NCBI GenBank assembly: GCA_002269645.1
Contig: NIVC01000133.1
Span: 1-64,000 of the forward strand
Origin: Macrostomum lignano
Taxonomy: Eukaryota
Length of the DNA: 64,000 nucleotides
Reading direction: 5' to 3'
Under the pieces are notes generated by a model. It was not told the DNA's origin and ran no database searches. It worked only from the letters and a program-made list of their open reading frames with translations. The position numbers were made by a program, and so were the translations under genes. Shown piece after piece: positions 47,900 through 60,245 of this stretch (positions within the stretch are counted from its first letter, which is position 1; each line of letters starts with the position of its first letter).

Positions 47900-50800
47900 T
47901 CAATGGCACAGCACATTGTACACATGTTGACATTCTTGCTTCTGTTCCAGCAGATTTTGAGGTGTCAAAAGAGGCATGATGGACACTTGATCTGCAGGAT
48001 ATGAAAAAGTTAATGCTGTATTTTCTTAGCAATGCAAAGAGCTTTATACAAGTATATAGGTTTACCCATTCAATCCGGCTGTCCCAACCTGGTGGCTCTT
48101 CCTTTCCACAGAGCTTACAGGTGGGCTGTCAGCATGTCTCACAAAAGTTTTGCAGTGTGTCTCTAATAATATTTCGTGCAGTTGCAAGCTTGGTTTGAGT
48201 GCAGTTTACAATAATAGTGCACTTTTCCAGTAGCATATTGCAACCAAAAATGCAAGTTAGGACACCACATAAGTACGAGTCCTTCTGCTGTGTGCACAAT
48301 GAATTTATTAGCTTGAAAGTTTTATAGCGCAATTGCTCAAGATGAGGATGTGGCAGTGGACTCGCTGTGGGGTCTCGAGCTAGAAGTGCGCTAGAATAAG
48401 TTTTGCATCAGTGGAATTAGAAATCATTATTTAAGGCAACTTGGTACCGTAGTATTTGGAGATTCTACATGTAGTTACTATAAATGGGGTTTTTGTGCCT
48501 CACTTAAACTTGTTTACGCATTCTGCAGCTATTTGCCGCCTTTCATTGGAGTGATTCATGGAGTCCAGTTGATAAATTCTCAGAGCATGGCACTTCATTG
48601 CCAGAGACCAAAAATGACTGAGTTAGCATGGGCACAGTTATCTGTGTAGTGATCTAGGCAAGGTGGTTGAAAGGATATATGCAAAAGTATACATGCAATA
48701 TTACTTGTATACTCAGAATATAAAGTGTCACGAGATGTTTTGTTGCAGTTTATTAATGCCTACCTCTCTTCCAATAAAATAGTTCTGCAGAGAAGTTTGC
48801 GTCGCATTAGAGATGTCGTCTGTTAAATTGAGGAGTGAGAAGTTGCTCTGCTGCATGACAATACTGTCAGTTCCACTTGCCACAGCAGCCAGATAGCCAT
48901 ATACTACCTAAGAGTATAAATGGGACATTGTTATAGCTGATTTTAACGTTGCTAAGTGTTTTTGTTTAAGTTTCCACTTTTCTTACCAAATACTCTAGCC
49001 AGTTTTGTCCATTCAGAGAGTTTACATGGTCATCAGTAATGGGGGTGCCTCAAATGTCTTGCAAAATTATTACTCTTTTTGTAGAGAAACCTTGCGACAG
49101 CATAGTAGCGGCTGATGCACCAGTAGTAGGAGCTTGTGGTGAAGCAGGAGTGGCTGACAGACCAGGAAAAGCTTGCAAAAAGTGACCTGCTGGAGTTTTA
49201 CTACTTCCAAATCTAGCTTGCTTTCTACTCCATTGCTCTTCGGCTCTCAGCACTTTCATAACTTCTTTTTTGAACTTTGCGATTTTACCTAGTTCATAAT
49301 ACTAGCTTCAACAAGTCTTTCTTTAATAAATTTGGCATTGATTGTTGCAAACTGCCCCATAGACAAAGGTAGTCTGTAAGATTCTTTGACTCTTTTAAAC
49401 CAGCTTTCTATGTAAGCATTGGAGAATGGAGACTTCATCAACAAGGCTTTAAATGCATGACTCCATGTACTAGCATTCCATAATAGAAGAAATGCTAAGT
49501 AGTGCAAAATGAGGAGGCTTACAAGGTCTGGACAAAAAATTCATTAGTGCTACAGTTTTTGGTTGGCTGCTACCTTAGTTTTTCTATCAATAAATCTCGT
49601 AGCTTGTTGAAGTACACATAATATGGTGACAGCCAGTATGCAGATTTTTCGAGCTTTTTTGTTTTCAATTTTGATCATTTCTTGCTTTTTGTTGTATTCA
49701 GCATCAGATAATGGCTCCTGAAAGTACTGAGAACTACCTGCCTCAGCATTCAGTTTAGCTTGCGAAGTCAGACAGCCTTCCTTTGTCTGAGAAAAAAATA
49801 TTGTCATTATGTCATTTATTATTTCTTTTACTTCTTCTATGCTTTCAGATGTAATAATTAAACTGAAATAGGTAAAGAATTTCTCTCTGATATGTTTTGG
49901 TGTCTTTTTGTGCCTAAAATACCGACTTGCTTAATGCATCAAATTGTTCTTGCATAAAAATATATCTGTATGTATGCTCATACATTTGGGACTTTTCAAA
50001 ATAATGAAAATGTAACCTAAAATATGTTTCCAAGTCACACTGGTGAAATTCCAAACAGCTATGAATCAGCGACCATGTGAAATCAGTGACCCAAATAATG
50101 GGCAGGTATGACTGCTAGACAATGGAAATCATATTTAAGATATGATGTCTCAGCAAGTGAAGAAAAGTTGAAATTGAAGCTACATTGTGCTCATTTGTGA
50201 TGCAGTCAGTGATGGAGCAAGACTACTCAGTTTTGGATGCTGTGGTCACCACAGTGTATAAAAACATCTAACCAGGGTTGCTAGACTTCTTAATTATTGA
50301 GCCAGTTGAATTAATATGAAGAACTGTCCCGCTGCTTTGCTTGATGACAGAAATTAGGTACTCCATCTAATGCCCCGTGTACATTATTAGTCAGACAGGA
50401 TCTAAGCAACACTCTCTAATGACTCCTGTCAAATAAGAGTGAGGATACTCATCCAAAAGTGCAACCTTTACAATAAATAATTCTTGGCTTACTTCTTTGT
50501 GCAGACTGTCACCATTCCTGATGCGCTTCATAACCCACTTCAGCACATTTTTTGTCTTACAAGAGTCAAAAATTTTTGCTAGAATGTGCGCTCTATGCTC
50601 CTTTTTATTCAGTAATTGCCTGTAAGCAGCAGTAACTCCACAAGAGGTGACTAAAGGACAAATGCGCTCTTCTTCGGCTAAGGTAATCCATCGAAAAGTT
50701 GGATGGCCGCCATTGTCATGGCAAAAAAACACCTTCTCCCTTGACAAGCCAATCCCACTGCTCCGAACTTTGGGGCAGCCATTCCATAATGAAAGTGTAG

Positions 50801-51449
50801 ATTCTACTGCATCCAGCTACTTTGCAAGATGCTTTTACAGTCCAAAAAGGACAATTACATTTTCTAGATTGCAGAGTTTGAATATGGCAGTAGCACCTCA
50901 TTTTAAGAACACAATATGACAGTGTTTGCAGTGACTTACATAGGGCTTCATTTAGCAGCACTTTGAAAAATGTATACTTTGACCTATTTGAAGTCTCCGC
51001 CAATTGGACTACTTCTACATCAGATCTCAACATTTGAAATGTCCTTGAACTATTTCAGAGTTTATTGAGCTAATGGTATCAAATGGAAGGCTAGTGCTCA
51101 TACTCGTAAGCAAAGCAGGTTCACAATTGAAATGGTTGTATTCATGGCCATGGGATCTAAACTGATCTGTTTTACTTTCACTCGCTTCGGTCTCAGAAGG
51201 AGCAGCAGTTGATGGACTATGGTGAGAAGAAGATGCATCACGAGTTGAGCTGTTTTTAGAAAACATCTTTATCCAATTAAATATTTTCATGCAGCTCCTT
51301 AGGTTGTTCCACATTCCAAGTCTAGAAGTCAAGACAGAAAAAAAGTTGAGAACTGCTACGAGCATACTGATGCATAGTGTTGGGACTGCATCCAAGATTC
51401 CAACCCAGCTCACCTGGAATACTTTGACCAAACACTCAAGACTGCTCAA
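47900..51449 (-). pseudogene. Decayed Mutator (MULE, NOF/Foldback-like) transposase with C-terminal Ulp1-like protease and PHD-like motifs
   Basis: Ordered minus-strand fragments: RKCNCPFWTVKASCKVAGCSRIYTF; GVIRECCLDP; LHINSTGSIIKK (first DDE Asp site, reads Asn, ~50300); CSITDCITNEHNVASISTFL; VTDFTWSLIHSC (second Asp, ~50075); SNAYIESWFKRVK (Glu, ~49410); HFWSLAMKCHALRIYQLDSM and QQKDSYLCGVLTCIF; CKLCGKEEPPG..IEW|IKCPSCLF*HLKIC..CTMC. Many stops and frameshifts. Confidence 0.68.
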
Positions 51450-51524
51450 CTAAACATACGACTTTTACAATAGAAGGTGCAGATGGTTTTCTCTATGCTA
51501 TTTTGAACATTTGGATAATAAACT

Positions 51525-51865
51525 TAGATTATGTGATATTTATAGGGTTATGATATTTAGGGTTTGGGATATGGATTGTGTTTTCGAAGTTAGAGAATAT
51601 GATATTTAGGAGTTATGATATTTAGGGTTTGTGATATGTCTTGTAAGATTTTAGAAGTGATATTTAAGGGTTACGATATTTAGGGTTTGTGATAGAGACT
51701 GCATTTTGGAGCTTAGAGAATGTGATATTTAGGATTTATGATATTTAGGGCTTATGATAGGGACTACATTTTGGAGTTTAGAGAATGTGATATTTAGGAG
51801 TTATGATATTTAGGGTTTATGATATAATGTGTTTAGAGAATATGATTTTTAGGGTTTGTGATACC
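51525..51865. repeat. Degenerate ATGATATTTAGG(G/A)GTT(T)-type tandem repeat just 5' of the transposase
   Basis: About 14 diverged copies of GATATTTAGG. The position fits a Foldback-type subterminal repeat, but no inverted partner was found. Confidence 0.7.
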
Positions 51866-54800
51866 CCTCTAAAGAGAGGCTAGCTGCTTCCCATATCCAA
51901 TAAACAGGGGCAGATCTAGAGAGGGGCCAAGGGGGTCATGCTTTCCCAGCCGCGGCACAATATTAAAGTACGTTTTTTGAGGGCATAAACTTTACAGTGA
52001 CTGCCACTTTTCATATTGCAAAACTTTTATGTAGTTGAATAGGAAGATTTTGCATGTAAATGACCCCCTCCAAGATAGCTACATGTATCGAGAATAAAAA
52101 TAAGGCAATTCTGGAGTGATTCAATAAGAATTTAGATAGAAATATTTAAACTTGGCCATATAATAAGAAAAAGTGTGCGTGATAGTTTATTTAAATATTT
52201 AATTAATGCATTCAATATGTTCAGTAAGCAAAGGCATTAAAGCAGAAAAGAATAGAAATAGGAACAAACAAAGTTGTAAAGAAGATAACATGAAGGGGCT
52301 TGATGTAGAGAAATGCTGAAGAAAACCATAAAAAGGAGAAATAACTAACTGTATTTATGGGGCATTTGCAGCTAAGAAATAACCAAGTAGACTAGTATGT
52401 TTGCGAATGAAAAGAGGTAGATCTAAGGCACAAGAGTGCAAGGAGAGGGGTGCACACAGGATGCACACATAAAATAGCTAAGATAGGAAAAGTATTAGTG
52501 CGACCATGGAGAAAGGAGAGAAACGATATGAGGGGGAAATGGCAACATTTGGAAGGATAGGAAGAACCGAGATCAGTAATGGGGTCTGGTGCAAATTAAG
52601 GTGACTTTGATATCCCTCCCTCCCAGTCGCAGCCACATTACAAAGCAATAAAAAAAAAGTGTAAAACAAAATCAAATGCAATAGAAATTCGTAAGTTCAA
52701 AGTTTAAGTATAGATTTATAACTCAGTGAGCAACAGGATGTGATACTGCATTTGATTGAACATGTCAGTGGTGTCACTGGTCGTGAGCCTAGTGCTGGGT
52801 GGCATAATAGCAGATTCTGGCAGCTGAGATGCTGCAGCACCAGTTAGGCTAGCTTGCTGGCCAGCCACTCGAAGTAATGCATCTAGAGTAAAATGGGGCG
52901 CAGTTGCAGAAAAGCGTCAATAACGTTTTAAACAACACTGCAATACAAAAAAATGAAAACATCACCTGGTTTGGTCTTTGTCACCTTTCTAGCGACGCTG
53001 GTCTTTCTTGGTAGTTTGCCCTCTTGGCATCGGGAGTAGGCACACTGCAGCTTGAATTTTGTGATTTTACATGACTTTAAAACAGACTGTTTGGGGTGGA
53101 GTATGTCGCCTAACACCAGTCCTGTAGTGTACGGCATAGTCCTGGCAACGACACTTAGCAGTCCCAAGGTCATCAGGCATTAATGGCCAGAGGAAAATTT
53201 GGCTGAGGGGCATGTATACATAGCATAAATGACTTAGGAGCATGTTATGATAATGTTAAAATTCTGTTTATTGAGCAATAAAATCTAAACCTAAATTAAA
53301 AGGCAACTAAATTGATTATTAATAATTTTCTTTAATTATAATGGTATAAGTACAGTGCTTAGAATGTTAAATCTGGTGGTAAATGTTTATTCTACAAAAA
53401 ATAATAACTTGCAAATTTTAAAACTATAATGTTATAGATGTAACATATAGTTATATGTATTCATATGTATTCATATACATATATGTATTCGAATACATAT
53501 AGACTATAAAAACTTAAAAAACAAAAATTATATTATTACTATTCAGAGTTATATATTTGGAATTTAAATGATTTCTTAAATTGATTTCTTACTTATGTTC
53601 TAAAACTTTTTACCATTTAGCAAGCTCTTTGTGCTTATATACAATACTTATCTTTATTATAGGTGAAATATTAATTAGGATGAGTTTTCTAAATAATTTT
53701 CTATTCTTACTAACTTTAAGTAATAAATAAATAGGCTAATTGCTAGCAATTGACAACAGCTATTTTAATTTTTGCTAAAATCAATGATACATACACACAG
53801 ACAGACCACTTTTAGTATAATGGATTTTTTTGCTTATGCATAGTGCAGACTGATTGATTTCATTATTAAAAATCAATATTATATTTATCATCCAAGATTA
53901 TTATTATGCCTGTTGAGACTGGACTTAATTAAATTATAATTTACTATGTGGCTCATGGCTGCCAATTCCTGAACCAAGGCAGGGGCAGGGGGTCAGTCCT
54001 TGCTATTGACTTATTTAGTGAAATAACTCACATTGACTATTTTTGAAGTTAAATAAACTTTCTGTTAGATTATGATAATTTAATACAAAAGTAGCAAGAC
54101 ACGCTTCACTAGCTAGCACATAAAATATCGATCAAGTTCTGAAAACGTGGCGTCTGAAATTTAAATATTTTTTGAGTGACAAAAAACAAACAAAATAGTT
54201 TCCTAGCTTTTTTCACATTAGTCAGCACAATGAAAGAGTGAAAAGCACAGAAAATACTTAACAAAAAAAAAGATTTTTGCCTTGAATAGCTAATTCAGAA
54301 ACAGGTATTTAAAGTAAGCGACTGTAAATGATTTCGACACATTATTTCCCACCATTTGTAATCGATATATTAACTGTCCTATAATCGTAATTTTTTTAAA
54401 TAATAAAAATACATGTATGGTTGAATCTTGGAACCTGGGCACCTAGCTTCCTACTCGTTTAGCTATATTGATTTAAACTCATTTTTAATCTGCATCGTCA
54501 CATCAAAGTCCCTCAGGACACACTTTTAGAAAAAAACCGGGCTAGAGACCCGAACGTCTGGGTTTCTGCTTTCCCCGCTTTCCGGGCGGAAGTCCCGCTT
54601 TTTCGCCCGATTTAGTTTCTACCGTTTTGTCGGCGTGCTTTCCGGGTGAATCAACCGCTTTTTAGTTTTCACCCGCAAAATTTAAAGTTCCGGGCCCAAT
54701 TTCATATGTTTTCGGGCGAAAATTCGGGCCAATTTTTCATAGGGTAATTAATCTATTAAAACGTGTAGCTTTTCTATAAATAATGTATATTCGTTTTTTA

Positions 54801-55322
54801 TTATAGACACAACTAAATATTTAATTTGGCTCTTGAGATGGAAGGCCTTTTTGTTTCAATAGATGGAATGGCATCGAAGAGTTTGTGCTGCTTTGCGCGT
54901 GTATTTATATATTTACAAACAACGCCAGATTGAGGGGCCAAGCCAAGGGAGGTGCGAAACAGGTGGCGTGGCGTGATTGGCTACGCCAACCCCCTGGCTT
55001 AGCGAGCCGGCTAGCGCGGTGCGCAACCACCCACCTCAGCTAGACAGAGGTTGGGGGGTTTCCAGTGCGGCTGCACTGGTACTGCCGGTCGCGTACAGTC
55101 TGGCCGCCACACTCTAAATATTTGAAGTCAAATACCAATATATTTTTATTGGGGCCTATATCATGTACTTTTTATACTTATCCTTAGTCCTTATGTTGTC
55201 TAACTACTATTTTAAAATGTCTTTTATGAGTTGAGTTTCAACTAGATAAATTCATTTAAATTTGACTAATTGCACTGCATGTGCACAGCGGCACCCCAGT
55301 CAGGGCAGGAGGCCAGCCCGCC

Positions 55323-58300
55323 ATGAGCACCGCCGCACCAGACGGCAATCTGGCCGCCTATTATGACCCTGGAGAGCGTCTGGCCGCTCTCGTACTGGAC
55401 TTAGTCGACAGCTTCCTCCTGGTTGCTAACCGTGCCGCTGTGGTTGCTTACGCGTCGTCCAATCTGTCTAAGTATCTCGATTGCACCGCTGAACAGCTGC
55501 GGCAGAGGCCCATTGTCTCGCTGCTGTATAGGGACGATCGGAGTTTACTTAAACCCTACTTAGAACAGCTCAGCAGTGAGTAGCTGTCAATTTTATTTGA
55601 AACTGTTTTCATATACGTATTTGCTGTACTTATAGTAGTACATAAATTGAATTTTTATCCACTTCAGGTTCATCACTGGTAAAGCGGACCTTGCCAAGCC
55701 AGTTGCGCTTCCGTCTGGATGTAGAAATCTCCGGCGGGTCTTCTGTTACCGCCAATGTAGAGGCCATCGTTAAACTGCAGCAGTTCCCGTTCAGCGAGGG
55801 TCAGTGCTGCTTAGTTTTTGTTGACCTTCTTTATGCAATCCTTGTACAAGCGGTTAAGAATGCTCGCAGATCATTCAGAATTGATCTGCTGTTGTCGCAC
55901 TTCTCTATACAAGTTTTTCTCTTTTGTCTCGCCTAATCTGTTTGGGTTGGACCTTAAAATTTCATGCCCCACACTTTCAACCTCGGCTTCTAACCCTCCA
56001 AGATTCTCAGTTGCTGGGCCCCCACCGCCACCCTCCAAGATTCTCAGTTGCTGGGCCCCCACCGCTACCCTCCAAGATTCTCAGTTGCTGGGCCCCCACC
56101 GCCACCCTCCAAGATTCTCAGTTGCTGGGCCCCCACCGCCACCCTCTCAGATCCTCAGTTGCTGGGCCCCCACCGCCACCCTCTCAGATCCTCAGTTGCT
56201 GGGCCCCCACCGCCACCCTCTCAGATCCTCAGTTGCTGGGCCCCCACCGCCACCCTCTCAGATCCTCAGTTGCTGGGCCCCCACCGCTACCCTCCCAGAT
56301 CCTCAGTTGCTGGTCCCCCACCGCTACCCTCCCAGATCCTCAGTTGCTGGGCCCCCACCGCCACCCTCTCAGATCCTCAGTTGCTGGGCCCCCACCGCTA
56401 CCCTCCCAGATCCTCAGTTGCTGGGCCCCCACCGCTACCCTCCCAGATCCTCAGACCCACGCCGCCAGCCCCAGCCCCTGGCACTGCAATGAATCCCCTA
56501 AAGCAGTGGATCGCGCACCCCCGCAGGCTGTCTGGAGCCAGCCCTAGTTTTCGTCTGTCGCCCGGCCGCGGCCCCGCAGCCTGAGCCCGTGCGGCGGCCG
56601 CCCAGCCTGCCAGCCCAGTTGCCAGTCGCAGGATTTTCTCTGCAGCCGCAGCAGAAACGGCCAACTCCCACTCTGGTTTGCGAGCTCAACTTGCCAGATT
56701 TAACTGTGCTGCGATCTGCTTGCAGGTCTGTGCGCGAATCTTACTTACAACAATTCACAATCGTGTTCTGTCCGCGTTATTTGAATCTGTTAGACTCAAT
56801 CGTTCATTAGTATATGTTTTTTTATAACTTATTTAGATTTTTATGTATAAAGCAAGCCTCTATTGCGGCTGGTACGTCTGAGGTAGGTTTTTATTATGGA
56901 TTGTCACTGGCGCTCTTGTCAGTCAATATCTATTCAATAATTTTATATCAGTAGTATTATCAGTAGTATGTATTTGGCCAAACCCAAATGCTACAGCTTC
57001 TACAGTAATTTTATCGCTCTTCAGTATCCAGTATGCCAGTGCATATGCCAATTAGCATGACGTATAGCAGATTTTCAACTTTCCACCTTACCGGCTCAGA
57101 TTCATTAACCCCCCACCCTGTCTGGCTTTAATAAAGCCTGTTAAATGAATCCTAAATTCACCCATAGGTGAAAAAGTTCACCCACTCTCAGATCCTCAGT
57201 TTGAGCAGTCATTCACCCACTCCCAGATCCTCAGTTTGAGCAGTCATTCACCCACTCCCAGATCCTCAGTTTGAGCAGTCATTCACCCACTCTCAGATCC
57301 TCAGTTTGAGCAGTCATTCACCCACTCCCAGATCCTCAGTTTGAGCAGTCATTCACCCACTCCCAGATCCTCAGTTTGAGCAGTCATTCACTCACTCCCA
57401 GATCCTCAGTTTGAGCATTCATTCACCCACTCCCAGATCCTCAGTTTGAGCAGTCATTCACCCACTCCCAGATCCTCAGTTTGAGCAGTCATTCACCCAC
57501 TCCCAGATCCTCAGTTTGAGCAGTCATTCACCCTCTCCCAGATCCTCAGTTTGAGCAGTCATTCACCCACTCCCAGATCCTCAGTTTGAGCAGTCATTCA
57601 CCCACTCCCAGATCCTCAGTTTGAGCAGTCATTCACCCACTCCCAGATCTTCAGTTTGAGCAGTCATTCACCCACTCCCAGATCCTCAGTTTGAGCATTC
57701 ATTCACCCACTCCCAGATCCTCAGTTTGAGCAGTCATTCACCCACTCCCAGATCCTCAGTTTGAGCATTCATTCACCCACTCCCAGATCCTCAGTTTGAG
57801 CAGTCATTCACCCACTCCCAGATCCTCAGTTTGAGCAGTCATTCACCCACTCCCAGATCCTCAGTTTGAGCAGTTATTCATCAACAAAGACCCTAGGAAA
57901 AAGTCAAAACCATTAATTACTTTTGATTGAACCTACAGAAATAAGTTTTGTAGATAGAATGGAATTGACACTTGAAGCTGTAATCGATGTGATGCTAGGA
58001 TTAACATGGACTCCCGCTGTTAACCACGCCACAGTCCTGAGCTAACGGCCAGCCTAGGCATCCTTGGCGAATACTTCCTCGGCAAACAATGGGGCCAACT
58101 GGTGGCGCAGTCCGACCGGCCCATCTGGCAAAGGCATTTGGACACGGCTGGTAAGGACTCCTCACCTACCTGACTGTCTCCTCACTCATCTGTCTCTTTC
58201 CTCGCTCACATGCCTCTGCTCACTCACCTGTCTCCTTGCTCACTCACCTGTCTCTTTCCTCACTCGTCTCCTTGCTCACTCACCTGTCTCCTTGCTCACT

Positions 58301-59609
58301 CACCTGTCTGTCTCCTCACTCATCTGTCTCTTTCCTCGCTCACATGCCTCTGCTCACTCACCTGTCTCTTTCCTCACTCGTCTCCTTGCTTACTCACCTG
58401 TCTCTTTCCTCACTCACTTGTCTCCTTGCTCACCTGTCTCCTTGCTCACTCACCTGTCTCTTTCCTCACTCACCTCTCTTTCCTCACTCCCATGTCTCTT
58501 TAATCTTTGCACACCTATCTATTTTTCGCTCACCTGTCTCCTTATTAATGTTCACTCTATGCCAATCCATCAACTTCTTTCCCATGCCCACTCCATCACT
58601 GCGCAACTCTAAACTGCGCCCATTTAATTCGCAGTGAGCAGCTCCGGCCGGCCGGCCAGCTCAATTTATCGCTGTCAGGTGGCACCCGGCCGTGTTGCCT
58701 ACGTGAAAACCTGCAGCCAGCTGACCGGCCCTAACCTGCTGACCAGCACGCACAGTATTGTTGGGTGAGTTTCGGGCTGGTGAATTTGGTCAGTTTAGTA
58801 GACGCCACTAATCCTAAATTCCCATTACTTGTCCGCCATTAATCCCAAATCCCCATCTTAACTGGTCCGCCACTAATCAAAATCCCCATGATAACTGGTC
58901 GGCCACTAGTCCCAAATCCCCATGATAACTGGTCCGCCACTAATCCCAAATCCACATGATAACTGGTCCGCCACTAATTCAAATCCACATGATAACGGGT
59001 CCGCCACTAATCCCAAATCCACATAACTGATCCGCCACTAATCCAATTCCCCATGATGATGACATCAATTCCTACTCCCACAGCGGCGGAGGCGCCACCG
59101 AGCAGACTGGTGCGCAGCAGCGGTCGCGGGCGCCCCAGCCTGTCAGTCGGACAGTCAGCAGTGACTCTGTGCTTCTCGACCTGCTTGACACCTGCGACGG
59201 CGGCGGCAGCGGCGTGCCGACGATCAATGGGAAACGGCGAAACGGCGGCGACATCAGCAAAGGCGCCGTGACGCCGCCGAAGCTTGGCACGCCACCGATG
59301 CAGCTCGCCGGAGCCGCATTCCAGCTGCCGAACTTTGGCATCGGCAGCAGTCGCGGATTCGCCGCCCAAATGAAAGAGCTGCCTGTGCCGCCAAATGTCC
59401 GGCTGGCTGGGCCGCCCGAACTGCCGCAGGATGTTGTTGACACAATTCTGGCCATGGAGGACCAGAGGGAAGCGGCCAAGTCCTCAGCTAGGGGGGTCAA
59501 CGGTCGGCGGTCCAAAGAAGACGAAGAGGATGAAGAGGAGTCGGTGGAATCGGTGGCAGCCCCGAGCCGAGTGTCCAACGGCTTGCTTGAGAAACTGCTC
59601 AGCACGTGA
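55323..59609 (+). CDS. PAS-A/PAS-B protein with two LxxLL motifs, p160/NCOA (taiman)-like, 451 aa; exons 55323-55575, 55668-55799, 56527-56725, 58035-58150, 58635-58764, 59084-59609
   Basis: All five junctions are phase-consistent (1,1,2,1,2), total 1356 nt. PAS-A: LVDSFLLVANRAAVVAYASSNLSKYL..LLYRDDR..ALVFVCRP. PAS-B: LGILGEYFLGKQWGQLVAQSDRPIWQRHL..SSIYRCQVAPGRVAYVKTCSQL..STHSIV. Motifs LLDLL and terminal LEKLLST*. Confidence 0.78.
55993..56454. repeat. 37-bp minisatellite (CAGATCCTCAGTTGCTGGGCCCCCACCGCCACCCTCT), ~12.5 copies, intron 2 of the PAS gene
   Basis: Direct tandem units; the 5' units carry the CAAGATTCTCAG variant. Confidence 0.95.
57177..57880. repeat. 35-bp minisatellite (CCCACTCCCAGATCCTCAGTTTGAGCAGTCATTCA), ~20 copies, intron 3
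   Basis: Near-identical direct tandem units. Confidence 0.96.
58161..58560. repeat. Degenerate pyrimidine-rich repeat (CTCACTCACCTGTCTCTTTC/CTTG), intron 4
   Basis: Recurrent CTCACCTGTCTC with variable spacing. Confidence 0.85.
58800..59052. repeat. Degenerate ~34-bp repeat (CTGGTCCGCCACTAATCCCAAATCCACATGATAA), ~7-8 copies, intron 5
   Basis: CCGCCACTAAT recurs about every 33-35 bp. Confidence 0.85.
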
Positions 59610-59830
59610 CTGCCGCTTAAAATTGGAGGCCACTGTTAATGGTGGCCATTTGATTTCCTAGTTTTGCTCCGATTTTACAGTGTTGTAATCTAATACGAGT
59701 ATGATCTCGTGCTCTGTAGTACCTGTGCTGCCGATAATGAGATTTAGCAACTGCTTCTGAATTGGTTGGGATTTCGATGTACACTAGGATCTAGATCTTC
59801 AGTGTGCGCCACATCTTCAGGCTAAACAGC

Positions 59831-60245
59831 TGCCACCCTGCCAGATCCTCAGTTTCTTGGCCACTGCCACCCTCCCAGATCCTCAGTTTTTTGGACACCG
59901 CCACGCTCCCAGATCTTCAGTTGCTGGGCCACCGCCACGCTCCCAGATCTTCAGTTGCTGGGCCACTGCCACGCTCCCAGATCCTCAGTTGCTGGGCCAC
60001 TGCCACCCTCCCAGATCCTCAGTTGCTGGGCCACTGCCACCCTCCCAGATCCTCAGTTGCTGGGCCACTGCCACCCTCCCAGATCCTCAGTTGCTGGGCC
60101 ACTGCCACCCTCCCAGATCCTCAGTTGCTGGGCCACTGCCACCCTCCCAGATCCTCAGTTGCTGGGCCACTGCCACCCTCCCAGATCCTCAGTTGCTGGG
60201 CCACTGCCACCCTCCCAGATCCTCAGTCGCGTGTCCACTGCCACC
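59831..60245. repeat. 34-bp minisatellite (GCCACCCTCCCAGATCCTCAGTTGCTGGGCCACT), ~12 copies, downstream of the PAS gene stop
   Basis: Direct tandem units; shares about 30 nt with the 37-bp array. Confidence 0.95.

Noticed and set aside
52953-53039. Signal-peptide-like short ORF MKTSPGLVFVTFLATLVFLGSLPSWHRE*
   Set aside because: Only 28 codons and no credible downstream exon; likely chance.
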